The position numbers and the translations under genes were made by a program. Below the pieces are notes generated by a model. That model saw only the letters and a list, made by a program, of their open reading frames with translations. It was not told where the DNA came from and ran no database searches. Of a stretch of 43,708 nt of DNA, positions 43,058-43,708 are shown in pieces (the stretch's first letter is position 1; every line of letters starts with the position of its first letter). The stretch is from a virus. Its lineage: Duplodnaviria > Caudoviricetes. The DNA lies in the IMG/VR virus record IMGVR_UViG_3300021066_000028, positions 1-43,708 of that record; one strand, written 5' to 3'.

Positions 43058-43708
43058 GAGTTCCCGAGTTTGATGGTGAAGTCGGAGAGACTGTATGCCG
43101 CGTAACTCACCTCGTGAATGTCGACGCCGAACGATGGCATGATCAGCGCAGTCGGCGAAAACGCCTTCCACCGATAGCTGTTATTCCCGCTCGTGATATC
43201 CTGGGCGAGTGTGACCGCCGCAGTGATCAGACTGTTATACTCGAAGTTGTAGCGCGCCACGGGCGATCCGTTCTGCTGCGTCAGCCATATCTCCGCGTGC
43301 CGCTTGGGTTTCTCCGGCGAAGAAGCCGTAAAGTAACGGCCAGCGGTGCAAAGTGTGGCGCCGACCCACACTGTATAAGCACCACCCGCGATTTGCTCAT
43401 GCTCGCCGGTATCGATATTGAACCCGCGCGCGGTGACATCCTCCGAGGCCGGTTGAACTCGCATCACCACCAGATTATTCGTAAACTCAAGAAACCCTAT
43501 GGTGTCGAAGTAGGTGCTGACGTATCGTCGCTGCGTGGCGATCTGGGAATCTTCAGTGGTATAGACCAGCGTGCAAGGGAGCGTCGTATAGTCCTCGACC
43601 AGAAAAAAGCTGCCTTCGTAGGTTCCATCTGCGACAGATGTCGCGAAACCGAACTCGCCATCGCTGTTCTCAAAGATGCGGACGGATGTGTTGAAGGTCG
43701 TTCCGGTC
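43054..43708 (-). CDS. Virion/tail protein, C-terminal part (truncated by window edge)
   Basis: Frame stays open from 43054 to the window end; Thr/Ser/Tyr-rich beta-type composition. Confidence 0.55.
   Translation of the reverse strand, partial: TGTTFNTSVRIFENSDGEFGFATSVADGTYEGSFFLVEDYTTLPCTLVYTTEDSQIATQRRYVSTYFDTIGFLEFTNNLVVMRVQPASEDVTARGFNIDTGEHEQIAGGAYTVWVGATLCTAGRYFTASSPEKPKRHAEIWLTQQNGSPVARYNFEYNSLITAAVTLAQDITSGNNSYRWKAFSPTALIMPSFGVDIHEVSYAAYSLSDFTIKLGNS

Overview
This window is most of a temperate, podovirus-like phage genome in its excised (attP) configuration, opened within the tail/virion region. The minus strand carries a head module (terminase, portal with a DnaJ-type Zn-finger insert, GroES-like protein, scaffold, capsid; 1-12.1 kb), replication, methylation and recombination genes (DnaB, initiator, two MTases, RuvC-like, YqaJ, ERF, SSB; 14.5-30.6 kb) and ejection/tail genes (37.1-43.7 kb). 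A four-gene ribbon-helix-helix switch, an attP containing the 3' half of tRNA-Leu(CAA), a tyrosine integrase and an accessory cluster lie at 30.1-37.1 kb. Two intact tRNAs are present (CAT and Arg-TCT). The SSB sequence suggests a Verrucomicrobia/PVC host (inference). The most striking unexplained signal is an RNA layer. Three + strand promoters (12.1, 13.4, 33.4 kb) share a 12-bp box (TGACGACGGTGT), and each is followed by the same leader: a GTTCGC hairpin, then a terminator-like hairpin whose loop is the exact complement of the first loop, with a different loop pair in each copy. There are also three arrays of helix-closed non-coding modules, including a tRNA-like RNA fused behind tRNA-Arg and a structured RNA upstream of an HNH nuclease. 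All calls come from reading motifs by eye; no database search or folding was run.
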